Origin: Octopus sinensis
Lineage: Eukaryota
Reading direction: 5' to 3'
DNA length: 64,000 nt
NCBI RefSeq assembly: GCF_006345805.1
Contig: NC_043009.1
Span: 22,258,001-22,322,000 of the forward strand
Shown here: positions 22,060 through 36,939 of the stretch, in pieces
Layout: each line of letters starts with the position of its first letter
How positions within the stretch are numbered: the first letter of the stretch is position 1
Position numbers and translations under genes: made by a program
Notes under the pieces: generated by a model
The model's database searches: none
Told to the model about the DNA's origin: nothing
The model's input: the letters and a program-made list of their open reading frames with translations, nothing else

Positions 22060-22605
22060 AATTCAAAAAATTAAACTACGTTAAACAAACAAATTACAAT
22101 TGTCTCAAGGCCTTCCGCGTGACCATATCACGCCATCCGACGAATTTTTTTTTGGCTGCATCCTTCATGCTAGCTCCACACAATGTACATATTTTCTGGG
22201 TATTTAAAAGTCCATTTCTCTTAAGCCAATTAAGGCTATCTGCTGTTGTAGCGGTGGCGATGGCAATATCGCGGTGATTAATTCCTTTTACACTGGGATA
22301 TGCAGAAGCCATACTGAATTACGCGCAGTTTCGATGGTGGTGGTGGTGGTGGTGGTGGTAGTGGTGGTCATTAGTGGTGCAGATTGGTGTGATTTCTTTT
22401 TAAAAACAATAATGAATAATGCAAGAATATATTTATTTATAAAGTTTAAACAGAACATGGAATGAAATGAACTTCAATTGTTTTATAAACCTATCAGCGT
22501 GGTGGTATGTAAATAAACAGTGTAAATTAACGAAGGTATAAACCTGACGTAAATACACGAAGTTGACGTCAGATTTTTCTACTTTCACTTCTGACAGCTA
22601 ATACC
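22060..22605 (-). mobile_element. Merlin (IS1595-like) transposase 5' remnant
   Basis: ORF 22094-22312 (..NWLKRNGLLNTQKICTLCGASM..) resembles the N-terminal zinc ribbon of Merlin transposases. A (GGT)n microsatellite lies at ~22336-22368. Confidence 0.55.
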
Positions 22606-23840
22606 ACGACAGTGCATATGTGATGGTGAAGCAGTTTCTTCAGCTCTCTGAAAACGAACCAAAGAACATAGGGAAAAAAAGGACATGCATTTTAACGAAG
22701 TGGCAAACAGCTACTCAAATGGTGTAGGGTTCTTAATAAAGAACATTATGCTATGATGCTGATTAATTTCAGAAGCGCCCAAAACCTGGTTTGTAGCACA
22801 AGTCTGTAAAATAATTCTCTAAAAACTTGAAGATATCATCAATAAAGCGAGGGAGAGATATATTGTACAAACAAGGTGAGGGGGGATGCACAAATGACTG
22901 GGGGTGAGGGGAAGGAATTTTGGTGGCCTTTCACCACAAATGAGGGAAGGAGCTACCCCTACTTGAATTTGCCAGTTATAACAATACAGTGTAGTACCTT
23001 GATAACTACAAAGCATTTCGTACATGTACTTTGCATGCCCCAATAAATCTTACTGTGAGGGTGGTTTTTGTAATTCATACCATTACAAAAGTGTATCAAA
23101 CCTGCTTCCTCTCACTCCATTTCTCCTCGGTGTTTTCCTGGAGTGGGTCATAAATGATGGCAGAACAGTTAACATGAGAAAGACAAACATCACAAACCTA
23201 AGATATGCTGACAACATTGATAGGATTGGCAGGAAGGAAGGACAGATTGGTCAACTTAGGTAGCCACTTTGATGCAAGCAAATTAGCATGTATTGTATTT
23301 ATTGTTGTGTATGCAGGTACTTTGAAAATACCTCATGGAATGATGACCGTGTGCTGCTTAGTAACGGGCTGCTCTTTGACAAGGTACAGGATCTGTTGAG
23401 TCACCGTGCCAGCGACGAAGTGAAGTTAAGGGACTGTAGCATGGTGGATTATGAAGAGTTAACAGAAAAGCTCAGCTGAGCCAATGTTGCTTCTTACATT
23501 GAGGCCTGAGTGAAGGAATCCCAGATCGACAGTCAGAATCACCAAGTTCTATCAAGATAGTAACTGTAATGCATCCAGAGGGGTGACGTCCATGTAATTA
23601 GCCAATGAAAGATTCACTATGACTCAATCTCCCAACTGAAATTCTTAATAATGGAATTGGATGGTGACAGAGAGTCATGGGAGTCTGCAAAGGCTGCATG
23701 ACCAAAGAGAGTGTATATATTGTATGTATCACCTATGCATTGTATATATATATATATATATATATTGTATGTGCATGTGCTGTTGAATCTTTTCACTTTG
23801 GCAGTCTTTGATTTCTTATATTCTTTCTCTTTTATTTCAG

Positions 23841-23937
23841 AATAACTGATGATATTGGCAGAAAAGGAATTTTTATATCTGACATCTTCCTTATTCATCT
23901 TCTTTGATAGACTAAAGGAAGCTGTTATACAGAAGAG
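23841..23937 (+). other. Putative 97-nt internal 5' exon of ZNF-2
   Basis: Identical boundaries and sequence to 10222-10318. Confidence 0.65.
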
Positions 23938-24502
23938 GTATAACCATGTTTATATAAATTGGTGATGAATTATAGTGAAACGTTTCCTCTCTATGAGATT
24001 GTCATCAACATTTCTCACATTCACTGCTTAATATTTGTAGCAGATTAATTTCATTTGAAATAAGCTTGGATTAAATTACAAAGACACTTTCTGCACCTTC
24101 AGATATCAGCAGAGATAAAAGTTGATAAAAATATAACAAAACAAACTGCTGGTACGTGTAAGTTATAAAATGAGAAATAAGAAAAATATTCCTACATATA
24201 TACAGAGTAGTAAGAGCCAAAAATTATGGAAGATTTAATTACATAAGAAAGTTTGAGAGTTGATTTTCTTTTTCTTAATGCCCTTAACATTGAAACCAGC
24301 CATACCCTGCCTATATATTCTGACTATTTTACAATCAGTACAACAAGATTTGGCCTATCATACCTACCCTGCAATGCCACTCAAAAAAATCACATCTTTG
24401 AAGTTGCAAACCTATGAGATAATGCAGGTTTAATTCAAAACAACTTGAATAAAAATAGAATTACAAATAGCAGAGTAATTTGAATGCTAAAAGGTTTAAA
24501 AG

Positions 24503-25891
24503 ATGCCGAAAGAGGTAGGGAAAACACCATACCAATGTGATATGTGTCAAAAATCGTTCTCTCAAGAACATCACCTTACAACTCACAAATATATTCACAC
24601 AGGAGAAAAACCATATCACTGTGATATCTGTGGTAAAACATTTCGTCAGAATGTACACTTAATTGTCCACAAACGTATTCATACAGGAGAAAAACCATAT
24701 CACTGTGACACCTGTGGTAAATCATTCGCTACGAAAACAAACTTAATTCGACACAAGCTTATTCATACAAGAGAGAAACAGAATCACTTTGATGTTTGTC
24801 GTAAATCATTTCCTTGGCATGCCAGTGTAGATAAAGACAATCGCACACATACGGGGATGAAACCTTATCGCTGTGATATCTGTGGTAAATCATTCTCTCG
24901 GAGTGGTAACTTAGCTAGACACAAGCACATTCATACGGGAGAGAAGCCATATTGCTGTGATATCTTTGGCAAATCGTTCTCTCAGAGTGCTCACTTAGCT
25001 ATGCACATTTGCAGTCATACAGGAGAGAAGCCATATTGCTGTGATATCTGTGGAAAATCATTCTCTCAGAAAACTAACCTGGATATGCACAATCACATTC
25101 ATTCAAAAGAGAAGACATTTCGATGTGATATCTGTGGTAAATCATTCTCTCGGAATGATCACTTAGCTAGACACAAGCACATTCATACTGCAGAGATGCC
25201 ATATCGATGTGATATCTGTGGTAAATTCTTTTCTCGGAACGAGCAATTAGCTACGCACAATCGCATTCATACAGGAGAGAAGCCATATTGCTGTGGCATC
25301 TGTGGTAAATCATTCTCTCAGAATCAGCACTTAGCTAAACACTATCGTATTCATACAGGAGAGAAGCCATATTGCTGTGATATCTGTGGTAAATCATTCT
25401 CTCAGAGTTATAACTTAGCTAAACACTATCACATTCACACAGGAGAGAAACCGTATTGTTGTGATATCTGTGGTAAATCATTCTCCCGCAATGATTGCTT
25501 AGCTAAACACTATCGCATTCATACAGGAGAGAAACCGTATTGCTGTGATATCTGTGGTAAATCTTTCTCTCAGAATGATAACTTAGCTAAACACTATCAT
25601 ATTCATACAGGAGAGAAGCCATATCACTGTGATACTTGTGGTAAATCATTCTCCTGCAATAATAACTTAGCTAAACACTATCGCATTCATACAGGTGAGA
25701 AACCATATTGCTGTGATATCTGTGGTAAATCGTTCTCTCAGAATGCTCACTTAGCTGCACACAATCGCATGCATACAGGAGAGAAACCGTATCAATGTGA
25801 TATCTGTGGTAAATCATTTCCTTGGAGTGCCAGTTTAGCTAAACACTGTTGCATTCATACAGGCGAGAAGCCATCCCACTGTGATATCTGA
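24503..25891 (+). CDS. Poly-C2H2 zinc-finger protein ZNF-2 (462 aa; 16 units, units 4 and 6 degenerate)
   Basis: Finger repeats with TGEKP linkers. Units 1-5 are nearly identical to ZNF-1. Unit 6 has CDIF instead of CDIC. Confidence 0.92.
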   Translation: MPKEVGKTPYQCDMCQKSFSQEHHLTTHKYIHTGEKPYHCDICGKTFRQNVHLIVHKRIHTGEKPYHCDTCGKSFATKTNLIRHKLIHTREKQNHFDVCRKSFPWHASVDKDNRTHTGMKPYRCDICGKSFSRSGNLARHKHIHTGEKPYCCDIFGKSFSQSAHLAMHICSHTGEKPYCCDICGKSFSQKTNLDMHNHIHSKEKTFRCDICGKSFSRNDHLARHKHIHTAEMPYRCDICGKFFSRNEQLATHNRIHTGEKPYCCGICGKSFSQNQHLAKHYRIHTGEKPYCCDICGKSFSQSYNLAKHYHIHTGEKPYCCDICGKSFSRNDCLAKHYRIHTGEKPYCCDICGKSFSQNDNLAKHYHIHTGEKPYHCDTCGKSFSCNNNLAKHYRIHTGEKPYCCDICGKSFSQNAHLAAHNRMHTGEKPYQCDICGKSFPWSASLAKHCCIHTGEKPSHCDI

Positions 25892-26300
<409 letters not shown>

Positions 26301-27185
26301 CCTTCTACCTAGAGCAGAAAATTATTTTATGTCAGTTTAACATGCATTTTATTATATAAAAAAAAGTCCTTTAAGCAAAATTTGGGTGAACTGACGAACT
26401 GTAAGCCATATATACACTGTGCGAATGTAAGTCTTTGTTTAACTAATTCGTGAGCTTCAGATATTTTACTCTCTTTAAGAAAGGATTACATTTTCAATAA
26501 TATCATATCAAAAACAAGGTTAAAAGGAAAAAAATCCAGAATCCATAGGCCATGGTGCCCCATATATGACTGAAAGACTTCCTCAGGTGGTGCTATTAAG
26601 TTACACATGGCCTAGGCCTTACTGGCAGGATCCTATTAGAGTCATCAACATTATTGGGAATTTGAGAGTTTGAGTAAAGGAGTTTCACCAACCTCTCAAA
26701 TTTTAATAGCATTCCCAAGAAAAGTTATATTTGACCATTGTAAGTAATTATATCTTCACATTTATACCATAATATTTATTAATTAAGTTTTTAGAGAAAC
26801 TCATGTCTTGTCAACAATTTCTTGTTCTTAAGAAATTATCAATTACTGTTACCAATGTCTTTGTAATACTAAAGCAAATACTACAGTACAACTTCATATG
26901 TGGCAAAAGGGCAGTTGAGTTGGCAGAACTAAAGGATCACTGAATTATATTTTTTCTGTATATTTTCTAAAATAACCTATTCTTAAATATTTTCTAATTC
27001 ATGGAATTTATGTATCATAGTTGTTTCTATAAAATAGCCATTATTGATATTTTGTTCTTTTTAAATTTTATAACTACTATTGATGAGAAATAAAAAAAAC
27101 ATACACTACCATTTGTTTTTTTCTTTCTTCTTACATTCATCTTTGCAATATAAAATTTATGTTCAGATAAACACACATGATTTTG

Positions 27186-27800
27186 GGCAGCGTTCCAGCT
27201 TGTGCTTGTACCACTTAAAATTTGCAGAAAAGGCAAACAAGTGTATTCAGCCGTGCAATTTCAAAACTTCGGTAATCTAAATCCGGAGAAGTTGAGCACA
27301 GCATCTTCTTCCTTTTCTCTTCCTACTAATAGTGTATTCTTCATCAAAAATCTGGTGTCGAAGAAATTCTTCATGGTAGACGCCCGTTCTTGTTGTAGCA
27401 TTTGGCCTATTCGTCTCACTGCAGACAAGCCCAAGCGTTCTTCAATTTTTTTGCACGCCACTGACTCGTCAGATTTGCACCCCATCGACTCAGTCAGATT
27501 TCACTACGCCTCGACATTAATCTTCGTCAAGATTTTCAATGGGTTTTCGTCATCTCTGACATCCCGCATCCTATTCCCGGTGCTGATTTCTTGGATCGGT
27601 TTAATCTATTGGTAGATGTCAGCCATCGAAAGCTTTTTGACAGTACTACGTCACTCTCCATGCCGACTGGAAGTTCCACCAATGCGGTTCTTAGACTGAC
27701 ATTTTTTGTTGCCACCTCTGTAGACTTCTTTCATTCTCTTTTGGCTTCATTTCTGGAGCTAGTGGACATTACCTTTCTGCCAGCAAAGCCTACCCACTCG
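27186..27800 (-). mobile_element. Possible BEL/Pao gag fragment
   Basis: Minus-strand RLPKF(EI)...KF/SGTSTSW, across frameshifts, weakly resembles the LPK-EIPKFSG---W motif. It replaces the normal ZNF 3' tail after ACACATGATTTTGG. Confidence 0.3.
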
Positions 27801-27809
27801 ACCATTTTA

Positions 27810-29550
27810 TCACCACCACTGGGTCGCCTGTTTTATTGCGCCTTGCACCTGACCGTCTAAGAATGGCTAGGGCCAAGTTTGAGCACCTGCTCCAACTTGG
27901 CCTAATATGCCCCTCCACCAGCCCATGGGTATCTCCCCTTCATTTCGCGCGAAAAGGGGTGTCTGATTTTCGCCCTGTAGGAAATTATATACGCCTCAAT
28001 GCGGTAACAATATCCGATTGCAACCCAATAAGAAACCTCCAGGACTTTTCGGCCAATCTTCATGGTTGTTCCATTTTTTCAAAAGTCAATCTTATACGCG
28101 CTTATCACTGAATACCAGTCAACCCAGCCAATGTTCCCAAAACTGCGATTACTACCCCTTTTCAGTGTTATGAGTTTTGGTTTGCGGAATGCTACCAGCA
28201 CTTCATTGTTGAGGTTGTCCGTGTTCTTAGATTTTGTGTTTGCCTATGTTGGTGATATGCTCATTTTGAGCAACACCCGTGAAAATCATCTCCGGCACCT
28301 CTCTCAGCTTTTTCAGCGCCTTCGTGCTTATTGTACGCCTCAATCCCCACAAGTGTGTTTTTGGACAATCTTCTCTAGATTTTCTAGGTCATCGTGGAAT
28401 CAGACCTCTGTCGTCAAAAGTCGATGCCATTCAATGCATCGCACCTCCTACTTCCTTGCGCCAGCTCAGGCATTATCTAGGGATGGTCAATTTCTACAGA
28501 CGTTTTATTCCCGGTTGTGCAGATAAGCTACTTCCTCTCATCAAGCTATTAAAGGACACCCCTAGAAAGGATGGTCAAGTCACCCTCTCTGTTAAGGCAC
28601 TGACAGCTTTTGAGTCCATCAAGAAGGATCTAGCTTCTGTTCTTTTGCTTGCACATCCGGTTCCTGGGGCTTCTCTCTCTTTAACTGTAGATGCATTGGA
28701 CACTGCGATTGGCGCTGTGTTACAACACACAGTGGACGATTGTACTTGACCTCTGGCTTTCTTTTCTCGCCAACTGCAACCAGCTGAATGACGATACAGC
28801 ACTTTTGATCGTGAGCTCCTAGCGGTCTATCTATCGGTTCGTTATTTCCAGCATCAACTCAAAGCTCGAGATTTTGTGATCTATACAGATCACAAGCCTC
28901 TTACGTTTGCCCTGTCTTCTAAAATGGACAAACTCTTGCCTCGTGCTTTCCGTCACTTGGATTTTATTTCACAAATTACCAGTGACATTCGTCACATACC
29001 TGGAAAAGAGGACGTTCCTGCTGACGCTCTTTCTCGCCTTCCAGTCTGTTCTCTTTTTTCTCCTGCTGCGATTGACTTAACTCCCATTTCGCAGGACCAG
29101 CCACCTTTGGCGACGTTAGACTTAACTTCGCCTAAGTTCTCCTGTTGCCAGTTTGACTATTTTCCGCTTCCGTCAGCTGAAGGTGCCATTCTTTGTGATA
29201 CTTCCACTGGTTCTCCAGGCCATTCATGCCAGAGAATCATCAACACTCAGTGTTTGAGGCACTGCACTCCTTATCACATCCCGCTACCCTTAAGCTTATC
29301 ACTGCTCCGTTTTTCTGGCCGAATATGCGTCACACTATTACCTCATGGGCATGCACTTGCTCAAAGTGCCAATGGTCCAAGATTCAATGGCACATTCGTA
29401 CCCTGTTTGGACACTTTCCCTCTACGGAGGCCCGTTTTTGCCATGTCCACATTGATCTGGTTGGACAATGGCTTGTGAGACGTGGGTTTCCTTATCTTTT
29501 AACCTGTGTCGATCGCTTCTCCTGTTGGCCAGAAGCCATTCCGATTTCCC
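27810..29550 (+). mobile_element. Decayed Gypsy pol (RT, RNase H, integrase), family A
   Basis: RLAPDRL...SPWVSPLH...FSKVNLIRAYH, YVGD, LTVDALDTAIGAVLQ, YTDHKPL, HIDLVG...WPEAIP; many stops and frameshifts. Confidence 0.85.
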
Positions 29551-29554
29551 GTTT

Positions 29555-29990
29555 CGGAGTTCCATCCAGATTGACTACAAAGCAACTGGCAGAAAGGAAG
29601 AAAAAGGGTTTGCAGATGCTCCCAATGGAAAATGAGTAGCAGAATTGCAAGTATAATCCATGATATTCTCAGCAGGAGCTAGTTGATTTGCCAAAATTGT
29701 TTCCGTCATAGGCACCAAAATGGTCTGAACATTAGGTTGCAGTCTAGAGGAAAAGCGTTGTTTGATCATTACACAATCTGCTGGTGCATTTTCAGCTAGT
29801 TCCTTCATTTGTCTCAATAGCTGTGAAGGCATATGATCAGCAAAGTGTTCATCGTTCACTTATGTGCAAAACTTTTACTCTGCTAATATGGAAGTCCGTC
29901 ACAAAGTCACTGTCTTAACATTGTAATAAGTGGCATCTGATGCTGGGTGGGTAATAAGATGCTTATCTTCTGACCTTCAAGAAGCCTGTT
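29555..29990 (-). mobile_element. Gypsy family A gag fragment, inverted relative to the adjacent pol
   Basis: ORF 29575-29859 (HFADHMPSQLLRQMKEL). Homologous to 18400-18800. Confidence 0.75.
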
Positions 29991-30660
<670 letters not shown>

Positions 30661-32919
30661 GAAAACATTTTAGGCCTTCTACATACAGCAGAAAATTATT
30701 TGATATCAGTTTAACATGTATTTTATTATATAAAAAAAACGAGTTCTTTAAAGAAATTTTGGGGGTTTAGGTTAACTGATGAACTATAAGCCATAAATAC
30801 ACAAATATATTGTTTCATTTTCCCTGTGATTTTTATTGTTGTGCAAATGTAAGTCTTTGTTTAACTAATTCTTGAGCTTCAGATATTTTACACTCTTTAA
30901 GAAAGAATTACATTTTCAATAATATCATATCAAAAACAAGGTTAAAAGGAAAAAAATCCAGAATCCATAGGCCATGGTGCTCCATATATGACTGAAAGAT
31001 TTCCTCAGGTGGTGCTATTAAGTTACACATGGCCCAGGCCTTACTGGCTGGATCCTATTAGAGTTATCAACATTATTGGGAATTTGAGAGTTTGAGTAAA
31101 GTAGTTTCACCAGCCTCTAAAATTTTAATAGCATTCCCAAGAAAAGTTATTTTTGACCATTGTAAGTAATTATATCTTCACATTTATACCGTAATATTTA
31201 TTAATAAAGTTTTTAGAAAAACAATTTCTTGTTCTTAAGAAATTATCAATTACTGTTACCAATGTCTTTGTAATACTAAAGCAAATACTACAGTACAACT
31301 TCATATGTGGCAAAAGGGCAGTTGAGTTGGCAGAACTAAAGGATCACTGAATTATATTTTTTCTGTATATTTTCTAAAATAACCTATTCTTAAATATTTT
31401 CTAATTCATGGAATTTATGTATCATAGTTGTTTCTATAAAATAGCCATTATTGATATTTTGTTCTTTTTAAATTTTATAACTACTATTGATGAGAAATAA
31501 GAAAAAACATACACTACCATTTGTTTTTTTCTTTCTTCTTACATTCATCTTTGCAATATAGAATTTATATTCACACAAACACACATGATTTTGGTTATTC
31601 TTGTTCAGTGTAAATGCTACAGTCAGAAACATTAGTTGCAATAATCCAATTTTCAAATACTAGAAATGATCAGTTAATGAGGAAGTGAAAAACTTAAGCA
31701 ATACATTGATAAAAACAAATGAACAGATTTGGCAGTTTTAGCAGATTCAGTGAAACAGTGTTGTTCACTATACATCTTTGTGGTTGTTGAATGTAATACT
31801 TTTTTCAAAGATCTGAATATTCGTGAATTTTGATTTGATTTGTTTAGTTCAGTATCAAGTCTATCACTGCATCTGTGTGTGTGTGTAAAACAAAAAAAAA
31901 AAAACACAAAGTGGATTTTAAAATGTTTTGGTAGCATTTTATTAATGCAATTTTAAATTACATCATAGCAACATTTTCAGGTAGGCAGGAAGCAAGCTTC
32001 TCACACAGCCATGGGCAAGGAATATGTTTTTATATAAAAAAAAATGTCAACAAGGTTATGGAAGAACGAAGCAAATGTTTAGTAATATCAAGTTGGAGAA
32101 ATGTGCTACTATTATCATACACTGATCATATCTGTTGTGAATTCTATAGTTTATGGTGAGGGTCAGTACAAATGATATGTGTTGTACATGTGGCAGGAGT
32201 ATCTAGCAATCAGATCAGTATATCCAATGTTGTGATTTGCTGGAATATTACCCACATCATTGAAAAAAATCTGACCAATCGAGTCTTTGTGAGGAACCAG
32301 CTACAACAGTAATTTCATCTTTTGGCACTCTTCTCACCAGTCTAACCATTGCTATGTATCCAGTGCACCATAGCTACTTAGACAGATGATGGACAGCATC
32401 TGACCAAGCCAAGCAGACAACACAAAAGCAATGCACACATGGCAAATGAGAGACTTTAGAAGACAGTGGCATGACCAGCAGCTAACCATGATAAGCAAAT
32501 AGTGACAAACACCAGCAAGCATTTCGACTGTTGTATGCGACAAGAACTCAAATCCAAGAAAAATATTAAAACACTCTCGATTTGTCATTCATAGTAATGA
32601 TATTTTTCTTTATAAAAAGAATATTTCGTTTATCAAAAACCTCAACAGATATCAGTGGTTTCTTTGTAACATACAAAATGATAGAAAAATAATTTAAGCG
32701 TAAACCAGGTATATTTAGCATAAAGTGGCTATAGTAGAACACCTTGGATGGTGGAATCACTTGGCCTGTCCATCAATAAAGAGTACAGCTATCCAAGTGA
32801 ACTGATAGAAAATTGCATGACTCAGTGAATACCAACAACTTGGACACACAATGGAGCCCTGGGAACCCACCGGCCCAGAGCACCATCCAGTTCCAAGTGA
32901 AATGTGTGGAGGCACATGA

Positions 32920-33030
32920 CCTAGTGGTTAGGGAGTGGACTCATAATTACAAGATTGTGGTTTTGATCCCTGAACCAAGCGATGTGTGTTCTTGAGCAAA
33001 ACGCTTCATTTCACATTCCTCCAGTCCACT
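32920..33030 (+). mobile_element. tRNA-derived SINE head; duplicate at ~46690-46815
   Basis: A-box-like TGACCTAGTGGTTAG and B-box-like GGTTTTGATCCC, followed by GTGTTCTTGAGCAAAAC. Confidence 0.55.
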
Positions 33031-33599
33031 CAGCAAAAATGAGTAGTCTTGATGGACCAGTACCCCATCCATGAGGAAATATTTGTGTTACAGAATGACA
33101 GAAAAAGAAATCCATAACCTACAAAGAGCACAACAAAAACAGCAGGCTATATATTGAAAAGGAAATCTGAAGAGGTTTCTGACTTTGCCTTTTCTTCAGG
33201 ATGTTGTGTGGGTTTTTTTTGCCCCATATACACAAAAAAAAGACTATCCCAAAATACAACAATATCTGTTTCAACACACAGTTTCACATTAGGGATTTTG
33301 CAACACAAGTTCATACATGTAATTTTTCTTCACAATGCTTTTTTTTTTTTTGGTCTAACATGCATGACTGTGAGATTAACATAGGAATAGTATTTCACAA
33401 AAAAAGAATTGTACCTTTTAATCTTTTACTTGTCTCAGACAATGGACTGCAGCCATGCTGAGGCCTTGCATTGAAAGGTTTTAGTCAAACAAATTGACCC
33501 CAAGACTAATTTTTAGAATGTGGTAATTTTCTGTTAAACTCTTTCCCTAAGCTGTTAAGTTATGGAGACGTGAACAAACTAATGCCAGTTTTCAAGCTG

Positions 33600-34665
33600 T
33601 GGTTGAGGACACACAAACAAATATGGGCTTCTTTCCAGACAACTGGAGATTCCTATGGAACCTACTGAGGGTTACTGACCAAAACTGTGGCTGATGCAAA
33701 GACCCTTCTTGACTGAGGTGACATGGTGGTGGAACAATGTAGTTGACAGGGCCATTAAGAGAAAAGCAACGGGTCTGGAACAACTGGAAATGTGATGGTA
33801 GCAGAGGACTGTATCAGACAGCCTGAATGGAAGTTAGGAGGCAGGTATACTAGTGAGAGGTGAAGCAGAAAAGAACTTTGCCAACGCTCTGTGACATGAG
33901 GACCAGAGATTTGAAGTGTTTTGGATTGCAAGACAGTGTGAGAGAAAATTGTGATGTCATAGGAGAGAAATGTGTCCGCATCAATGATAGCTCACTTGCA
34001 TTTAATGATTCTACAAAGAAAGAGGCTTGGAAACACCATTATGCTACGCTGCTAAATGTGGAGAATGAATGAGAGAAGAGTCTGCCAAATGTCGACCTAA
34101 CACTCAGACCAGCTATCTCTAACAACAGTTTGGTAGATAGAGCAATTAAGGATATGAAAACAGGGATCACTGCTGCAGTGCTTCAAATATCTCACCTAGT
34201 CAGCCATATAGTTAATGAGGTTGTCCACAAGGGAGTCATACCCAATGATTGGTGTAGCAGCATCATAGTCAACTACTACAAAGGCAAAGGTGACACTTCA
34301 GACAGCAATAATTACAAAAGTATCAAGTTGCTGGAAATCGTAGCTCAATTAATTAACCCTTTCGTTACCAACCCGGCTGAAACCGGCTCTGGCTCTGTTG
34401 TACAAATGTCTCGTTTTCATACGTTTTGAATTAAAATCTTCCATCAAACCTTAGTCACAATTTATGTTCCTAACTCTTGCTGAATGATTACTAAGTTATT
34501 TTACTAAATTCTTTGTTATACTTAAAGTAATTGAAAGAAACACAGAGCATCTCAAAATAAATACAGTAACGAAAGGGTTAAAGACAGATGAAATTCAGTC
34601 TGGATTTGTGCCAGTCAGATGATATATTCCTGCTTGGGTAACTACAAGTGAAATCTACCTAGCAT
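33600..34665 (+). mobile_element. Degenerate RTE LINE fragment abutting the ZNF-4 stop
   Basis: Homologous to the 13424-16180 family (KEAWKHHYATLLNVENEW, GVIPNDWCSSIIVNYYKGKGD, GFVP). Confidence 0.75.
34357..34577. mobile_element. piggyBac-type MITE (221 bp)
   Basis: TTAA|CCCTTTCGTTAC...GTAACGAAAGGG|TTAA, inserted in the RTE fragment. Confidence 0.85.
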
Positions 34666-34691
34666 TTCAAAATAATGATTCACTACAAATA

Positions 34692-36323
34692 TCACAGTGA
34701 TGTTTTCTCTCCTGTATGAATGCGCCTGTGTTTAGTTAAGTGCTCATTCTGAGAGAATGATTTACCACAGATATCACAGCAATATGGTTTCTCTCCTGTA
34801 TGAATACGATTGTGCACAGCTAAGTGAATATTCTGAGAGAATGATTTACCACAGATATCACAGCGATATGGCCTCTCTCCTGTATGAATGCGACTGTGTT
34901 TAGCTAAACCATCATTCTGAGTGAATGATTTACCACAGATTTCACAGTGAAATGGTTTCTCTCCTGTATGAACGCGATGGTGTTTAGCTAAGCTATCATT
35001 CCGAGAAAATGATTTACCACAGATATCACAGTGATATAGCTTCTTTTCTGAATGAACACGATGGTGTTTAGCTAAGCTATCATTCTGAGAGAATGATTTA
35101 CCACAGATATCACAGCAATATGGCTTCTCTCTTGTATGAATACGAATGTGCACAGCTAAGTGATCATTCCGAGAGAATGATTTACCACAGAGATCACAGT
35201 GATATGGCTTCTCTCCTGTATGAATGCGACAGTGTTTAGCCAAACCATCATTCTGAGTGAATGATTTACCACAGACTTCACAGTGATATAGTTTCTCTCT
35301 TGTATGAATGTGATTGTGCTTTGATAGGCTATCATTATGAGAGAATGATTTACCACAGATATCACAGCGATATGGCTTCTCTCCTGTATGAATACGATTG
35401 TGCACAGCTAAATGATCACTCCGAGAGAATGATTTACCACATATATCACAGTGATATGGCTTCTCTCCTGTATGAATGCGACAATGCTTAGCTAAGCTAT
35501 CATTCTGAGAGAATGATTTACCACAGATATCACAGCGATATGGCTTCTCTCCTGTATGAATACGATTGTGAATAATTAAGTTATCATTCTGAGAGAATGA
35601 CTTACCACAGGTATCACAGTGATATGGCTTCTCTCCCGTATGAATGCGATTGTGCATAGCTAAGTGACCATTCTGAGAGAATGATTTACCACAGATATCG
35701 CAGGAATACGGTTTCTCTCCTGTATGAATGTGACTGTGTTTAGCTAAGCTATCATTCTGAGAGAATGATTTACCACAGATATCACAGTGATATGGCTTCT
35801 CTCCTGTATGAATGCGATTGTGTCTAGCTAAGTGATCATTCTGAGAGAATGATTTACCACAGATATCACAGCGATAAAGTTTCTCACCTGTATGTATGCG
35901 ATTGTGTTTAGTTAAACTGGCATGCGAAGAGAATGATTTACCACAGATATCACACTGACATGGTTTTTCTCCTGTATGAATATACTTGTGTTTTGTTAGG
36001 GCATGAATGAGAGAGAATGCTTTACCACAGACATCACACTGATATCGTTTCTCTTTTGTATGAATAAGCTTGTGTTGAATTAAGTTTGGTTTCCTGGCAA
36101 ATGATTTACCACATGTATCACAGTGATATGGTTTTTCTCCTGTATGAGTACGTCTATGGTCAATCAAGTGCAGATTCCGTCGAAATGTTTTACCACAGAT
36201 ATCACAGTCATATGGTCTTTCTCCTGTATGAATATATTTGTGAGTTGTTAGGTTATATTTTTGAGAAAACGATTTTTGACATATATCACATTGGTATGGT
36301 GATTTTCCTAATTCTTTTGGCAT
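34692..36323 (-). CDS. Poly-C2H2 zinc-finger protein ZNF-4 (543 aa; 19 intact fingers)
   Basis: Uninterrupted finger array with TGEKP-type linkers. A frameshifted relic of a 20th finger lies at the end. Confidence 0.95.
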   Translation of the reverse strand: MPKELGKSPYQCDICQKSFSQKYNLTTHKYIHTGERPYDCDICGKTFRRNLHLIDHRRTHTGEKPYHCDTCGKSFARKPNLIQHKLIHTKEKRYQCDVCGKAFSLIHALTKHKYIHTGEKPCQCDICGKSFSSHASLTKHNRIHTGEKLYRCDICGKSFSQNDHLARHNRIHTGEKPYHCDICGKSFSQNDSLAKHSHIHTGEKPYSCDICGKSFSQNGHLAMHNRIHTGEKPYHCDTCGKSFSQNDNLIIHNRIHTGEKPYRCDICGKSFSQNDSLAKHCRIHTGEKPYHCDICGKSFSRSDHLAVHNRIHTGEKPYRCDICGKSFSHNDSLSKHNHIHTREKLYHCEVCGKSFTQNDGLAKHCRIHTGEKPYHCDLCGKSFSRNDHLAVHIRIHTREKPYCCDICGKSFSQNDSLAKHHRVHSEKKLYHCDICGKSFSRNDSLAKHHRVHTGEKPFHCEICGKSFTQNDGLAKHSRIHTGERPYRCDICGKSFSQNIHLAVHNRIHTGEKPYCCDICGKSFSQNEHLTKHRRIHTGEKTSL

Positions 36324-36842
36324 CTTTTTAATCTTTAAGTATTCAGATTACTCTGTGATTTGTAATGCTTTTTTATTCAAGTTGTTTTGAATCAATTATC
36401 TATTATTTCATAGGTTTGACACTTCAAGGAGTGACATTGCAGAGTAGATATGATAGGACAAATCTCTTTCGTTTGATTGTAAAATAGTCAGAATATATCG
36501 GCCAGATATGGTTGGTTTAAACAAGAAAAAGGAAAATCAACTGTCAAACTTTCTCATACAATTAAGTTTTCCATAATTTTTAGCTCTCACCACTATACAT
36601 ACATGTAGGAATATCTTTCTTTTTTCTCTTTTTATAGCTTGTTCATAACTATTTGTTCTGTTCCATCAACTGTGATCCTGAAGGTGCAGAAAGCGTCTTT
36701 GTAATTTAATCCAAGCTTATTTCAAATGAAATTAATCTGCTACATATATTAAGCAGTGAATGTGAGAAATGTTGATGACAATCTCATAGAGAGGAAACGT
36801 TTCACTATAATTCATCACCAGTTTATATAAACATGGTTATAC

Positions 36843-36939
36843 CTCTTCTGTATAACAGCTTCCTTTAGTCTATCAAAGAAGATGAATAATGAAGATGTCA
36901 GATATAAAAATTCCTTTTCTGCCAATATCATCAGTTATT
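36843..36939 (-). other. Putative 97-nt internal 5' exon of ZNF-4
   Basis: One substitution versus the ZNF-1 exon, with the same AG/GT boundaries. Confidence 0.65.

Noticed and set aside
24503-25891. Identical 462-aa length of ZNF-1 and ZNF-2 as evidence of selection on length
   Set aside because: Lengths are quantised in 28-aa steps and the stop-bearing fingers are not positionally equivalent copies, so coincidence is sufficient.
35156-36331. Alternative-frame and antisense ORFs over the finger arrays (also 30270-30470)
   Set aside because: They are shadows of the 84-bp finger periodicity.
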